Positions 44,324-55,215 of a stretch of DNA of 64,000 bases are shown here, piece after piece. A program made the translations under genes and the position numbers. The notes beneath the pieces are model-generated. The model did no database searches. It had not been told where the DNA came from and worked only from the letters and a program-made list of their open reading frames with translations. Source of the DNA: an uncultured virus (IMG/VR IMGVR_UViG_3300037195_001681) (lineage: Duplodnaviria; Heunggongvirae; Uroviricota; Caudoviricetes; Schitoviridae); the IMG/VR virus record IMGVR_UViG_3300037195_001681, positions 1 to 64,000 of that record; one strand, 5' to 3'. The first letter of the stretch is position 1. Each line of letters opens with the position of its first letter.

Positions 44324-46675
44324 ATGAACCCGCAAATGCCAGCTGCCCAGATCTCCCCAGCTCCGGGTCCGGACAAGGATCCATCTCAGTCGAATAAACT
44401 GACGAGCTGGAAGAACGAACCCACGATTGCTTCACTGAAGTCTGATTTGGAGATGGCAAAACCATCTCACGATGCCCTTGTGCGAAACATGGATCGCTGG
44501 GGTGAACTGATGGCAGTGACCGGGGCAGCCCGCCCCAAGAAAGTCAAGGGTCGTTCAAATGTCCAGCCGAAGCTGATTCGTCGTCAGGCAGAATGGCGAT
44601 ATTCGGCTCTATCAGAACCTTTCCTTGGTTCAGAAAAAATGTTCAAGGTCGAACCCTCGACCTTCGAAGATGTGCAGGCAGCTCGACAAAACGAGATGCT
44701 TCTGAATTACCAATTCCGAACCAAGCTCAATCGGGTGAAGCTGATCGACGATTACGTGCGATGCACGGTCGATGAAGGCAGCTGTGTGCTTCGCACCGGT
44801 TGGGAACGTGTGACCGTCCAAATTGAAGAAGAAGTACCGGTCTTCGACTTCCATGAGATTACCACTCAGGAAGAGCTCGATCTCTTCAAACAGGCGATGG
44901 AAGCTCGCCAACAGGATCCAAGGACTTTTGCTGAACAGGCGCCGGCAGAAATGGTGGCTGCTCTCGAATATTTCGATGATGAAGGCACGCCGACTGTTGC
45001 TGTGGAAAACGGCACCCAGAAGGTGAAAGTTGAACGAGCTGTTGAAAATCGTCCAACAGTCGATGTGCTCAATCCACGAAATGTTTTCGTCGATCCGTCG
45101 TGTCAGGGTGACATCGACAAGGCTCTGTTCGTCATCGTTTCATTCGAGACCTCGCAGGCAGAGCTCAAGAAAAATCCGAAGCGGTACAAGAACCTGGATA
45201 AGGTGAACTGGGAAACCAGCACGCCGATTACGGAAAACGATCACACCTCTTCGAACAACCAAGATGTGAATGGTACCAATTTCCAGGATAACCTCCGGAA
45301 AAGGGTGATTGCCTACGAATATTGGGGTTTCTACGACGTCGATGGAAATGGGACGCTGAAGCCATTCGTGGCTACCTGGATCGGAAGTACGATGATCCGG
45401 ATGGAGGAAAACCCATTCCCGGATGAAAAGCTGCCCTTCGTCGTAGTCTCGTACCTGCCAATCAAGCGTGAGCTTTTTGGTGAGCCAGACGCTGAACTTC
45501 TGGAAGACAACCAGAAAATTCTGGGTGCTGTAACCCGAGGGATGATCGACCTCATGGGTCGATCGGCGAACAGTCAGCAGGGCTTTGCCAAAGGAATGCT
45601 CGATCCGCTGAACAGGCGTCGATACGAACAGGGTCAGGACTATGAATTCAATCCGAATATTCCGGTCCAAAATGGACTGATCGAGCACAAATACCCGGAA
45701 ATTCCGGGCTCTGCAATCACGATGGTCGAGCTCCAGAACCAGGAAGCTGAGGCTCTCACGGGTGTAAAAAGCTTCTCTGGTGGTATCTCTGGACAGGCTT
45801 ACGGTGAAGTTGCTGCCGGTATCCGTGGTGTGCTCGATGCAGCTTCGAAGCGAGAGATGGCGATCCTTCGTCGTCTAGCGAAAGGCATCGTGGATGTCGG
45901 TGTGAAGTTCACCGCCATGAACTCGATTTTCCTTTCCGAAAAGGAAGTGGTCCGGGTCACAAACGAAGAATTCGTCGAGATCAAGCGGGAAGATCTGAAG
46001 GGTAATTTCGACCTGAAAGTCGATATTTCCACCGCTGAAATCGACGATATGAAGGTCAAGGACATTGGGTTTATCCTTCAGACTGTGGGTCCGGATCTGG
46101 AACCACAGATGAAGATGATGATGCTCGCTGAAATGGCTGAGCTGAAGCGGATGCCCAAGTTGGCCAACGATTTCCGTAACTGGAAGCCTACTCCGGATCC
46201 TCTGGTGGAAGAGCTCAAGCAGCTCGAAGTCGAGGAAAAGAAGATGAAGGTCCTCGAACTTCAGTCCAAAATTCGGCTTAACGAAGCCAAGGCAGCCGAA
46301 GCGTTGGCAAACAAGGATCAAAAAGATCTGGACTATGTCGAGCAGGAAACCGGGACCAAACACGAACGCGATCTGGAACGTCAGCAGGGTCAGGCCGAAG
46401 GCAACAAGGAACTGGAGATCACTAAGGCTCTCGTCCGTCCTCGCAAGGAAGGTGAAGGTGAGCCGGATGTCGAAGCTGCAATCGGCTATGACCAGCTGAG
46501 CGATGCTCTCGATGGGAAAACGCCATCGGCTATCTTGGAACAGGGAGCACCCCCAGCACCAACGATCAGTGCTCGGGATCAGATGGTCGATGCCGGTGAT
46601 CCGCGATATTCGATCGGATCTCGTTTCTTTGATCCCCAGGCAGATCCCTCGACCAATCAGAACTTGAATTTCTGA
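44324..46675 (+). CDS. Portal protein (N4 gp59-like)
   Basis: LTSWKNEPT, PKLIRRQAEWRYSALSEPFL, IRGVLDAASKREMAILRRLA. Confidence 0.95.
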   Translation: MNPQMPAAQISPAPGPDKDPSQSNKLTSWKNEPTIASLKSDLEMAKPSHDALVRNMDRWGELMAVTGAARPKKVKGRSNVQPKLIRRQAEWRYSALSEPFLGSEKMFKVEPSTFEDVQAARQNEMLLNYQFRTKLNRVKLIDDYVRCTVDEGSCVLRTGWERVTVQIEEEVPVFDFHEITTQEELDLFKQAMEARQQDPRTFAEQAPAEMVAALEYFDDEGTPTVAVENGTQKVKVERAVENRPTVDVLNPRNVFVDPSCQGDIDKALFVIVSFETSQAELKKNPKRYKNLDKVNWETSTPITENDHTSSNNQDVNGTNFQDNLRKRVIAYEYWGFYDVDGNGTLKPFVATWIGSTMIRMEENPFPDEKLPFVVVSYLPIKRELFGEPDAELLEDNQKILGAVTRGMIDLMGRSANSQQGFAKGMLDPLNRRRYEQGQDYEFNPNIPVQNGLIEHKYPEIPGSAITMVELQNQEAEALTGVKSFSGGISGQAYGEVAAGIRGVLDAASKREMAILRRLAKGIVDVGVKFTAMNSIFLSEKEVVRVTNEEFVEIKREDLKGNFDLKVDISTAEIDDMKVKDIGFILQTVGPDLEPQMKMMMLAEMAELKRMPKLANDFRNWKPTPDPLVEELKQLEVEEKKMKVLELQSKIRLNEAKAAEALANKDQKDLDYVEQETGTKHERDLERQQGQAEGNKELEITKALVRPRKEGEGEPDVEAAIGYDQLSDALDGKTPSAILEQGAPPAPTISARDQMVDAGDPRYSIGSRFFDPQADPSTNQNLNF

Positions 46676-46764
46676 CGAAACTGGGAATAGAGGCTTGATT
46701 CATTGATCAGATGGTGAGAGTAACACCATTTGAGATAACACAAACCCCAGATAAGGAATAAACG

Positions 46765-47100
46765 ATGTCAGATCTCGCAGAACTCAATCAGCAGCTCGAT
46801 AATGCGAAGGCAGTCGCCGGGCAGAAAGACAAGATGGAGCGGCTGATGAAAAATCGCGATTTTAAGGAGCTCATCGTCGATGGCTTCATGCGCGATGAAG
46901 CAGCCCGTCTGGTCAGTCTGTCGGCCGATCCGAATCTCAACGCCAAGGATCAGCATGACTGTCTGTCGATGGCCCAGGCCGGCGGTCACCTGAAGCGTTA
47001 CGTCAATGTGATGATCCAGCAGGGTCACACGGCGGAACGTGAGATTCCGAACATCGAAGCTGCACTCGAAGAGATGCGCTCGGAAGGGGAGGACGACTAA
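46765..47100 (+). CDS. N4 gp58-like protein
   Basis: RLMKNRDFKELIVDGF...AARLV; between portal and scaffold. Confidence 0.8.
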   Translation: MSDLAELNQQLDNAKAVAGQKDKMERLMKNRDFKELIVDGFMRDEAARLVSLSADPNLNAKDQHDCLSMAQAGGHLKRYVNVMIQQGHTAEREIPNIEAALEEMRSEGEDD

Positions 47101-47101
47101 G

Positions 47102-48508
47102 ATGTCGACGGCAACCGAAGCTCCGAAGGACGAGGCGGTCAATCCGCTGTCCATGTCGGACGAGGATTTCCAGAACCAAACCGAACCAAGTTCGGAAGAA
47201 ATTCAGGAAAAGCCCGAAAATCCGGATAATGGCGCTGAAGCTCCGTCCGAAGGATCGGAGCAAGAGCAGCAGCCTGCTGATGACAAATCGGACAAGTCGG
47301 GTGAATCGGATGAACCCGCTCCCGAGGACGGCGGTGACAAGGGTAATGAGCCCGATCCGAAGAAATCGGAAGAAGAACCGAAGCCGAAAACTCCGGCCGA
47401 AATTGCAGCTGAAAATGCTGCCAAGGCCGAAGAAGAAAAGGGCAAGGCCGGCAAGCCTGAGAAGGGCGAAAAGGTCGAAGAGCCTCCGAAACAGGAGCAG
47501 AAAAAGGAGGATACTCCTCCTTCTGGTTCAGAGGATAAGTCGGATAAGTCGAAAGAAAAGTCGACTCAAACCGATGAAAAGTCGGATAAGGAAAAATCCG
47601 ACAAATCCGAATCCGATGAGAAAGCTCCCGATCTCAAGGCTTTCCACGAACAAATCACTGCTCCGTTCATGGCGAACGGAAAGCAGATCCAGGTTCGTGA
47701 CGCGAAAGAAGCCATTCAGCTCATGCAGATGGGCGCGAATTACACGCGCAAAATGCAGGAGCTCGCTCCCCACCGTAAGGTACTTACGATGCTGGGGAAC
47801 CATGGTCTTCTGGATGAGTCGAAACTTTCTCTGTATATTGCTCTGGACAAAGGGGATCCAGAAGCGGTAAAGAAGTTCATCGTCGACAAGGGGATCGACC
47901 CCCTCGACATCGACACGAATACCGAATCGACATATCAGGAAGGCAGTTACCAGGTTACCGATCAGGAAGTAGCGTTCCGCACCCAACTCGACGACGTGAT
48001 GTCGACCGATACCGGGAAGGAAATGCTCGCCGACATCAACAAGTCCTGGGACCAAGTCTCCAAAGATGTGTTGTGGCACCAGCCCGAGCTGATGTCGATA
48101 ATCCAGGAACAGCGTGAAAGTGGTATCTACGCCATGATCACCGAGGAAATGGACCGACGTCGCACCATGGGGCAACTGCCCGCAAATACACCGTTCCTCG
48201 AAGCCTATAAGGACATCGGAGACGAACTGCACCAGCAAGGGGTTTTTACCTCCGAGGAAGCAGACGATCCTTCGATCAAGCCTGAGCAGGGAAGCGATCC
48301 GGCTCCAAGCGCAGACCCCAAGCCCGAAAAGGGTGCGGTTGTCGCGACAAGGCCGGCCTCTCCCAGGCCATCCGTGGACAATGGTGACAAAGCTGGAGCC
48401 GCCGCAACGACGCGGAGTGCTCCAGGTAAAGCCAAGGAAGCCACAAACTTCCTGTCCATGAGCGATGACGATTTCATTGCAGCTGCACAGCTCGAAGGAA
48501 GAGTCTGA
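47102..48508 (+). CDS. N4 gp57-like protein (probable scaffold)
   Basis: LSMSDEDF/LSMSDDDF at both termini, PFMANGK, LMQMGANYT; directly upstream of the major capsid gene. Confidence 0.85.
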   Translation: MSTATEAPKDEAVNPLSMSDEDFQNQTEPSSEEIQEKPENPDNGAEAPSEGSEQEQQPADDKSDKSGESDEPAPEDGGDKGNEPDPKKSEEEPKPKTPAEIAAENAAKAEEEKGKAGKPEKGEKVEEPPKQEQKKEDTPPSGSEDKSDKSKEKSTQTDEKSDKEKSDKSESDEKAPDLKAFHEQITAPFMANGKQIQVRDAKEAIQLMQMGANYTRKMQELAPHRKVLTMLGNHGLLDESKLSLYIALDKGDPEAVKKFIVDKGIDPLDIDTNTESTYQEGSYQVTDQEVAFRTQLDDVMSTDTGKEMLADINKSWDQVSKDVLWHQPELMSIIQEQRESGIYAMITEEMDRRRTMGQLPANTPFLEAYKDIGDELHQQGVFTSEEADDPSIKPEQGSDPAPSADPKPEKGAVVATRPASPRPSVDNGDKAGAAATTRSAPGKAKEATNFLSMSDDDFIAAAQLEGRV

Positions 48509-48578
48509 CCTCAATCGGTTAAACGCCTGCTCAGGAATATATGAAGAAACCTGAGGGCAAACGAGGGAAACCTTTCCA

Positions 48579-49799
48579 ATGTTGAATTACAACGCACCTG
48601 GTGACGGCCAGAAGAGCACGATCGACGGCTCCGGCTCGGATCAGATGAACACCTTCTTCTATCTGAAGAAGGCGATCATCCAGTCGCGCAAAGAGCAGTA
48701 TTTCATGCCCCTGGCATCGGTCACCAATATGCCGAAGCACTACGGCAAGACCATCAAGGTCTTCGAATATGTGCCTCTGCTCGACGACCGCAACATCAAC
48801 GACCAGGGCATCGACGCCAATGGTGTGACGATCGCGAACGGCAACCTTTACGGTTCCAGCCGTGATATCGGCACAATCACGTCGAAGCTGCCGACCCTCA
48901 CCGAGAACGGTGGCCGCGTGAACCGCGTGGGCTTCACCCGTATCGCGCGGGAAGGCTCGCTCCACAAGTTCGGCTTCTTCATGGAATTCACCCAGGAAAG
49001 CATGGACTTCGACAGCGATTCGGAGCTGATGGATCACCTGAGTCGCGAGCTCATGAACGGTGCCGTCCAGCTGACCGAAGCGGTGCTTCAGAAGGATCTG
49101 CTCGCCGCTGCCGGTGTCGTGGTCTACGCCGGTGCCGCCACTTCGGACGACGAAGTGAACGGCGAAGAAGTTGCCGGTCCTCCGGTCGTTCCGGCTTCGA
49201 TCGTTTCGTATTCGAACCTGATGCGCCTCGATCAGATCCTGAACGACAACCGCACGCCGAAGCAGACGACCGTCATCACCGGTTCGCGTATGGTCGACAC
49301 CAAGACCATTCCGGCCGGTCGCGTGATGTTCATCGGCACCGAGCTCGTTCCGCTGCTCAAGGGCATGAAGGACCTGTTCGACAACCAGGCGTTCATTCCG
49401 GTCCAGCATTACGGCGATGCCGGCACAGTGCTCAATGGTGAAATCGGCACGATCGATACGTTCCGTATCGTTCTCGTACCCGAAATGCTTCACTGGGCAG
49501 GCGCCGGTGCAGTCGTGGCTGACAACCCGGGATATCGCAGCTCGACGGTCGGCGGTGATGAACGCTACGACGTCTACCCGATGCTCGTTGTCGGCGAAGA
49601 CAGCTTCACCACCATCGGTTTCCAGACCGACGGCAAGACGGTGAAGTTCTCGGTCATGACGAAGATGCCGGGTAAGGAAACGGCCGATCGCAACGATCCG
49701 TACGGCGAGACGGGCTTCAGCTCGATCAAGTGGTACTACGGCTTCATGGGCAAGCGCCCCGAGCGTATCGCGGTCGTGAAGACGGTTGCACCGCTCTAA
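48579..49799 (+). CDS. Major capsid protein (N4 gp56-like)
   Basis: [61 protein letters not shown]. Confidence 0.98.
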   Translation: MLNYNAPGDGQKSTIDGSGSDQMNTFFYLKKAIIQSRKEQYFMPLASVTNMPKHYGKTIKVFEYVPLLDDRNINDQGIDANGVTIANGNLYGSSRDIGTITSKLPTLTENGGRVNRVGFTRIAREGSLHKFGFFMEFTQESMDFDSDSELMDHLSRELMNGAVQLTEAVLQKDLLAAAGVVVYAGAATSDDEVNGEEVAGPPVVPASIVSYSNLMRLDQILNDNRTPKQTTVITGSRMVDTKTIPAGRVMFIGTELVPLLKGMKDLFDNQAFIPVQHYGDAGTVLNGEIGTIDTFRIVLVPEMLHWAGAGAVVADNPGYRSSTVGGDERYDVYPMLVVGEDSFTTIGFQTDGKTVKFSVMTKMPGKETADRNDPYGETGFSSIKWYYGFMGKRPERIAVVKTVAPL

Positions 49800-49836
49800 T
49801 ATCTGTGGTTAGTGCGAACTGACCTGCGGAGAACCA

Positions 49837-49870
49837 TGAGGGGGAGGGGTGATTCCCTCCCTCTTATTCC
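49837..49870 (+). terminator. Terminator after the major capsid gene
   Basis: GAGGGGGAGGG/CCCTCCCTC stem followed by TTATT. Confidence 0.6.
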
Positions 49871-49903
49871 ATCAAACAGGCAACACCGAAGAGGAAGAAT
49901 GAG

Positions 49904-50677
49904 ATGAGCGATCAGGAAAACCAGACCCCCCAGGATCAGGAAAACCAGGCGGGCGATTCGAATACTCCGGATACTCCGGAAAATCAGACGAATGGTCAGG
50001 GCGATCAGAACGAACAGGATGATCCCAAGAGCCAGGTCGACGAACTCGCATTGCTGAAAAGCCGTGCGAAAATGATGAACATCCCGTTCTCCAACAATAT
50101 CGGCCTGGATACGCTGAAACAGAAAATCCAGGATGCTCTGGACGGCAAGGCGAACACCGAAAACACCGCTCCGGTGGAACCAGCCAAGGCGAATCCGCTC
50201 GAAGCGGGTGGTGCCCAGATGGCTGCTGCCACGCACGAAGCGGAAGGTAATGCTCAGGGTGATCAGGTCGAAAAACCCGAGAAAGTACTCAGCCTTCGCG
50301 AAAAGCTTCGTCTCGAAAACATGCGCCTCGTCCGGTGCCGGATTACCAACCTCGATCCGAAGAAGAAGGATCTTCCCGGGGAAATCGTGACCGTCGCCAA
50401 TGACTATATTGGCACAGTTCGAAAATTCGTCCCCTTCGGTGAACATACCGAAGAAGGTTTTCACATCGAATATTGCCTCTACAAGATGCTGAAGAACCGC
50501 AAGTTCCTCAACATCCGATCGACCCGTGATCGTCGTACCGGCACCCAAAAAGTCAGCCAGAGCTGGGCACCGGAATTCGCAATCGAAGTTCTGCCGCCTC
50601 TGACGAAGGAAGAGCTGCATAAGCTCGGCCAGGCTCAGATCGCGGCCGGCAGCCTCGACACCGAAATGGCAGCATAA
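49904..50677 (+). CDS. N4 gp55-like protein
   Basis: LKSRAKMMNIPFSNNIG, RCRITNLDPKKKDLPGEI, FAIEVLPPLT.EEL. Confidence 0.85.
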   Translation: MSDQENQTPQDQENQAGDSNTPDTPENQTNGQGDQNEQDDPKSQVDELALLKSRAKMMNIPFSNNIGLDTLKQKIQDALDGKANTENTAPVEPAKANPLEAGGAQMAAATHEAEGNAQGDQVEKPEKVLSLREKLRLENMRLVRCRITNLDPKKKDLPGEIVTVANDYIGTVRKFVPFGEHTEEGFHIEYCLYKMLKNRKFLNIRSTRDRRTGTQKVSQSWAPEFAIEVLPPLTKEELHKLGQAQIAAGSLDTEMAA

Positions 50678-50722
50678 GGGTAGTTAACCAAATAGGTTAG
50701 CCTAATATCAGGAGTTTCCGGT

Positions 50723-51781
50723 ATGTCTGATGCAAGTGATTTGGCAATTACGTTGCACGACGCCCTGATTGCAGGGATCGACTTCGACATCAGCGTACCG
50801 GACTTCTCCGGTCCAGAATTCCAGGCACCCGAAAAAACGGGTCCTCTCTATGATGCGATCCAGAAGATCAGCCCGGATGATCTGACGGTCGGAGAGGACA
50901 GCGTCACCGGCGACGGAATGTTCGATCGTCTCATGAAGGCGTATCACTCGCACCTTCGCAAGGAATACGATGCCAATCGTATCTCTGGTCAGGAGTACAC
51001 CAAGGCATATATTGCTCTGACCGAAGCAGCGATGAGCAATGCCACCCAATTTCTTCTGGCTCGGGAACAGTCACACTGGCAGGCTGTGGGCGCGCAGATT
51101 GCAGCTCGTATCGCCGAGATCCAATCGGTCACTGCACGGGTCGAGCTGGAAAGCGCCAAGATGCGTCTGGAAGTCGTGCGTCTCGAAGCATTGACCCAGC
51201 AGGTCACGTTCGCCCTGAACAAGATCCGTCTTGCAAACGAAGACGTCCAATATCGCTCGTCTGTTTTCAATCTCGAACAGATTCTGCCGAAAAACGTCCT
51301 GATGCTCGATGCCCAGCGTCTCCAGGTGGAGAAGCAGACCGAGCTGACGCAGACCGAAGTGGATCTGGGCGCTCAGAAGCTTGCACTGCTCACCAAGCAG
51401 GTTGCCGGCCAGGAAGCTCAGAACAACCTGACACTCAAACAGGTCGAAAATCTCCAGGGAGAAATCGACCTCTTCCCGATCAAGGAAGACCTGCTCAGCG
51501 AACAGCTTGAAGTGCAGCGTGCTCAGACGCTCGACACCCGCAGCGACGGTACGACTCCAATCGCTGGTTCGGTCGGTAAGCAAAAAGAGCTCTATTCGCA
51601 GCAGATCACATCCTATCAGCGTGATGCCGAGATCAAGGCTTCGAAGCTGTTCACGGATGCTTGGGTGACGATGAAGACGCTCGATGAAGGTCTGGCGCCT
51701 CCGACGCAGTATTCGAACGCCAATCTCGACGATATTCTCTCTACGATCGCGACCAACAACGGATTGGTTGTCGCACCGTAA
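50723..51781 (+). CDS. N4 gp54-like virion structural protein
   Basis: G.G.FD.LM...HL..EY...RI.G.EY; GSVGKQKELYSQQITSYQRDAE. Confidence 0.85.
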   Translation: MSDASDLAITLHDALIAGIDFDISVPDFSGPEFQAPEKTGPLYDAIQKISPDDLTVGEDSVTGDGMFDRLMKAYHSHLRKEYDANRISGQEYTKAYIALTEAAMSNATQFLLAREQSHWQAVGAQIAARIAEIQSVTARVELESAKMRLEVVRLEALTQQVTFALNKIRLANEDVQYRSSVFNLEQILPKNVLMLDAQRLQVEKQTELTQTEVDLGAQKLALLTKQVAGQEAQNNLTLKQVENLQGEIDLFPIKEDLLSEQLEVQRAQTLDTRSDGTTPIAGSVGKQKELYSQQITSYQRDAEIKASKLFTDAWVTMKTLDEGLAPPTQYSNANLDDILSTIATNNGLVVAP

Positions 51782-51796
51782 AAGGAGACCCAAAAT

Positions 51797-54544
51797 ATGG
51801 GCCTCTTTGGTTCAAAAAAGACCTATGTTGCGTCGACCATCTACAATATGGCCGGCGACATCAAGGATCGTCCCAGCTACCTGAAAACGCTCATGGCGAG
51901 CCAGGCCATTGTTGGCCGGGCTCCCAGTTATACGGATGCCATCAAAGATGGTTATCTTAATGGTCCAGGTGTGCGCCTGAAGAATTATGGTGCATGGGGA
52001 GCAGAGCCAGGAAATTTTCCGACTGTTGGTCTGATCAGAGGAGATTACCGGGGAAATACCCGAATTACTCCCGAAGACATCGAAGAGCTTATTCCACTCG
52101 CAGTAGGGCAATCTGTGAAACTTCAGAGGACGGAACTCGGCACAGCCGATTATTCGTACTGGAGCGAACAGTGGATGCTGGAAAACCATCCAGATCTTTT
52201 CGACAGTGCCTGGAAGTCTGATTTCGACGAAGCAACGAACACCGTCACGGTCACATTCGAAGACCTGACCACAGCACAGTTTCAACCTGCAGATTTTGAT
52301 CCGCAGGGTACATACCTATATGTGCTCTATAACTTGGTTGAAGGACCAAAAGAAGGAGATATTGAACAAGGGAATGTGATCATTGGTCCATTCCCTTCGA
52401 CTTCTGGTTGGACTCTTGTCGAAGAAACTACGACACCCACGAATGTGCCCTTGACCGAGACGGTGGAAACGACTGTCAGTTACTCGGACGGACGTCCTGA
52501 CGAGACATCGAATTCGAGCACCAATTCCTCTGGTTCCTACGATCACTATCGAGCGACCTACACCCAGGAAAATTATCACGGGGACACCAAGGATTATGAT
52601 GGCTTTGGACAACCTGAACTGGTTGAACCTGAAGATGATGTGATTTCCAGCACCGGAAAAACGCTCTATCTCTTCAGAGATGGATATGTCGATTCGAGCG
52701 AGAACACTCAGGTCACGACCGAAGAAATTGACGATGGAAACGGTGGTACGATCACGAAGACCACAACCACTGTGACCACAACCGAAACGCTCAGAGTGGA
52801 AGAGTCATACCGTTACGACGAAGTCGAGAGAATCCTCTGGACCTTCTTGCCGGCACAGATCCTGATCTACCGAATCGGATCAGGCGGATCTCCAACGATC
52901 GACTCCAAGCTTTCGAGCTCAGCTGACAGTGGATATTTTCTACCTTTTATTCCAGTAAGACTGGATAATGAAATGGTAGACGAGAATTTCTCGGGCAATC
53001 CTGATGCCTATGATGAAGCTCGCCGCGCCTACTGGAAAATGACCGGCAGCCGAAAATACGCAAAAGAGCTCCTCACACAGATCGACGAACATGAGAACAT
53101 AGACGACATGGACTTCGTCTACGTGATGCTCGGAGCCTCGTTGAACACGAAAGAAAATGCAGCCCGACGGTATATCTTCGAGTTCTTTGAAAAGATCCGG
53201 GTAGCTCAGACTTCCGGAGCCTCGGAATATAACGAATGGTTCTCTGGACAGGAACAGTTCGGAACGGATAATGCTGCCTGGATTGAATGGCGTCTGGCAC
53301 AGAAAGACCCGGGAAACCCCCTGTATGGTCAACCCATGCCGACGACAGGACGCAGTTATGCGCCCCCTCGTAATGAGGTTCGGATCAAGGGGACCGGGAC
53401 ACTTCAAACGAACATGGACATGTTGATCAAGTGGAATTCGATGACGAAATCCACCGGCATAGGACAGGTGAAACCTGGTGCAAAGATCGGCGATGCCTTT
53501 ATCGACTTCGTTGGTCAGGATGAAGCGTTTTCGATCGGGTACAACAATGGCGTCCCAATCAGCCTGGATCCAATGAAGATGGACCGGCTGCTTGTGTCTC
53601 TCCAGACAGGAGCGAGTACCTGGGCTTTGCTCAGTATTGTTGGGCTTGAACACAAAAATTACATCTATAACGGAAAAGCCGTCGAGATTACGGCCGAAGA
53701 AGCCATGGATGATACGGAGGAATCAGGCTTCCTGGTTCCAATTCATCTGGACGTTTTCCGTGATATGCCGATGGTCGCGAAGACTCAGATGTCCACGGCC
53801 TGCTGCTATGTGGTGATCAACACCTATGTGGTGAAGAAAACAGGATTCTTTGGATCGACCTTTTTCAAGATCCTGCTGTTCGTGGCGGTGGTCGCGATCA
53901 CGGTTGCCACTGGTGGTACGGGTGCCGGCAGTATCGGTTTGTTGGGTGCGAACGCAGCTGTAGGTGCAGCGATCGGTCTCAGCGGTTTCATCGGAGTGCT
54001 CGTAGGAGCCTTAGCCAACGCTCTTGCAGCGATGGTGGTGATCAAGATTGTGCAGAGTGGGGCGACTGCCTTGCTTGGTGACAAGATCGGTTCGATCATT
54101 GGTGCTGTCATGTCGATCGCAGTTCTCCAGGTGGGAACGGCGCTCCAAGGAGGTTTCTCCCTGGCTCAGGTGATGGGTCAGATGGGAAGCGCAGTGAATA
54201 TTCTAAATATGACCGTAGCGACCAGCAATGGTATTGCCGGTTATATTCAGGGTGAAGCCAACGAAACTCTGAAAGATATTGAAGATCTCCAGGCTCGATT
54301 CAAAAAAGAATCTGAGAGGATCAACGAGCTCTACGAAAGAGAGTTCGGATTGTATCGAGCAATTCTCGATCCATTGGAGCTGGTGAATCGCGAAGAACTC
54401 GCCTATGAGGGTGCTGTCGAAGGACTGGATGCGTTCCTGGATAGGACCCTCATGACCGGCATCGACGTTGCAGAACTTTCCAACGCATTGGTGTCGGATT
54501 TTGCCGATATTACCCTGTCAACGATCATTGGTTCGGAAGGATGA
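51797..54544 (+). CDS. N4 gp53-like virion protein
   Basis: MGLFGSKKTYVAST.YN.AGD, FIPVRLDN, EESGFLVP, C-terminal TM-rich region, FLDRTLMTG. Confidence 0.85.
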   Translation: MGLFGSKKTYVASTIYNMAGDIKDRPSYLKTLMASQAIVGRAPSYTDAIKDGYLNGPGVRLKNYGAWGAEPGNFPTVGLIRGDYRGNTRITPEDIEELIPLAVGQSVKLQRTELGTADYSYWSEQWMLENHPDLFDSAWKSDFDEATNTVTVTFEDLTTAQFQPADFDPQGTYLYVLYNLVEGPKEGDIEQGNVIIGPFPSTSGWTLVEETTTPTNVPLTETVETTVSYSDGRPDETSNSSTNSSGSYDHYRATYTQENYHGDTKDYDGFGQPELVEPEDDVISSTGKTLYLFRDGYVDSSENTQVTTEEIDDGNGGTITKTTTTVTTTETLRVEESYRYDEVERILWTFLPAQILIYRIGSGGSPTIDSKLSSSADSGYFLPFIPVRLDNEMVDENFSGNPDAYDEARRAYWKMTGSRKYAKELLTQIDEHENIDDMDFVYVMLGASLNTKENAARRYIFEFFEKIRVAQTSGASEYNEWFSGQEQFGTDNAAWIEWRLAQKDPGNPLYGQPMPTTGRSYAPPRNEVRIKGTGTLQTNMDMLIKWNSMTKSTGIGQVKPGAKIGDAFIDFVGQDEAFSIGYNNGVPISLDPMKMDRLLVSLQTGASTWALLSIVGLEHKNYIYNGKAVEITAEEAMDDTEESGFLVPIHLDVFRDMPMVAKTQMSTACCYVVINTYVVKKTGFFGSTFFKILLFVAVVAITVATGGTGAGSIGLLGANAAVGAAIGLSGFIGVLVGALANALAAMVVIKIVQSGATALLGDKIGSIIGAVMSIAVLQVGTALQGGFSLAQVMGQMGSAVNILNMTVATSNGIAGYIQGEANETLKDIEDLQARFKKESERINELYEREFGLYRAILDPLELVNREELAYEGAVEGLDAFLDRTLMTGIDVAELSNALVSDFADITLSTIIGSEG

Positions 54545-54607
54545 TGATTTTCTTGGATCAACCAGAATAATGGTGCATAGAACGCAGATGCACCGCAGGA
54601 GGCTGAA

Positions 54608-55162
54608 ATGAGTGGTTACGGTGGATATGGGAGCATGGCTGCCTGGGGACAGCCTCAGGGCTATGGTGGTGTGAATATCTTCGCTCCACCTCCTTTCATG
54701 GGTCCTGATGGTCCAGCTGCTCCGCCGATTACAATGAACACTGCTTCTTCGACGGGAACGCTTCCGACCCAGACGGCAGCCATCAATCCGGCAATCGCAT
54801 CGTCAGGGAATGTTTCTCCTGTTCTGCCGGGTGTGACGGGAACAGTCGGAGCAGCCGGAGCCGTTCCTGGTGCAGGTGGAAGCGCCGGCAAACTGGGTCT
54901 GAACTTCGATACGGCCCAGCTCGCTTTGTCTGGTCTGACTGCAATCGGAAATCTCTGGGCTGCTTTTCAGTCCCAGAAGCTCGCGAAGAAGCAGTTCGAA
55001 TATACGAAGCGAGTGACCGACACAAATCTGTCGAACCAGATCCAGCAGTACAATGACGGAATCGTCGACCGGGCGAACAACCGTGCAATCGTTGAAGGGC
55101 GGGACGCTGCCTACACGAAGAAATTCATCGACACACGAAAGCTGAAAGAATGGGGCGGATGA
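54608..55162 (+). CDS. N4 gp52-like ejection protein
   Basis: GNLWAAFQSQKLAKKQF...NLSNQIQQYN; no cysteine. Confidence 0.8.
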   Translation: MSGYGGYGSMAAWGQPQGYGGVNIFAPPPFMGPDGPAAPPITMNTASSTGTLPTQTAAINPAIASSGNVSPVLPGVTGTVGAAGAVPGAGGSAGKLGLNFDTAQLALSGLTAIGNLWAAFQSQKLAKKQFEYTKRVTDTNLSNQIQQYNDGIVDRANNRAIVEGRDAAYTKKFIDTRKLKEWGG

Positions 55163-55215
55163 ATATAACAGCTTTGTACGATCATTCTTCGTATTGATGC
55201 ACAGGAATAACGAAA

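Noticed and set aside
47102..48508. Tape-measure protein call for gp57
   Set aside because: Podovirus gene set, position beside the capsid gene and an acidic disordered sequence fit a scaffold protein better
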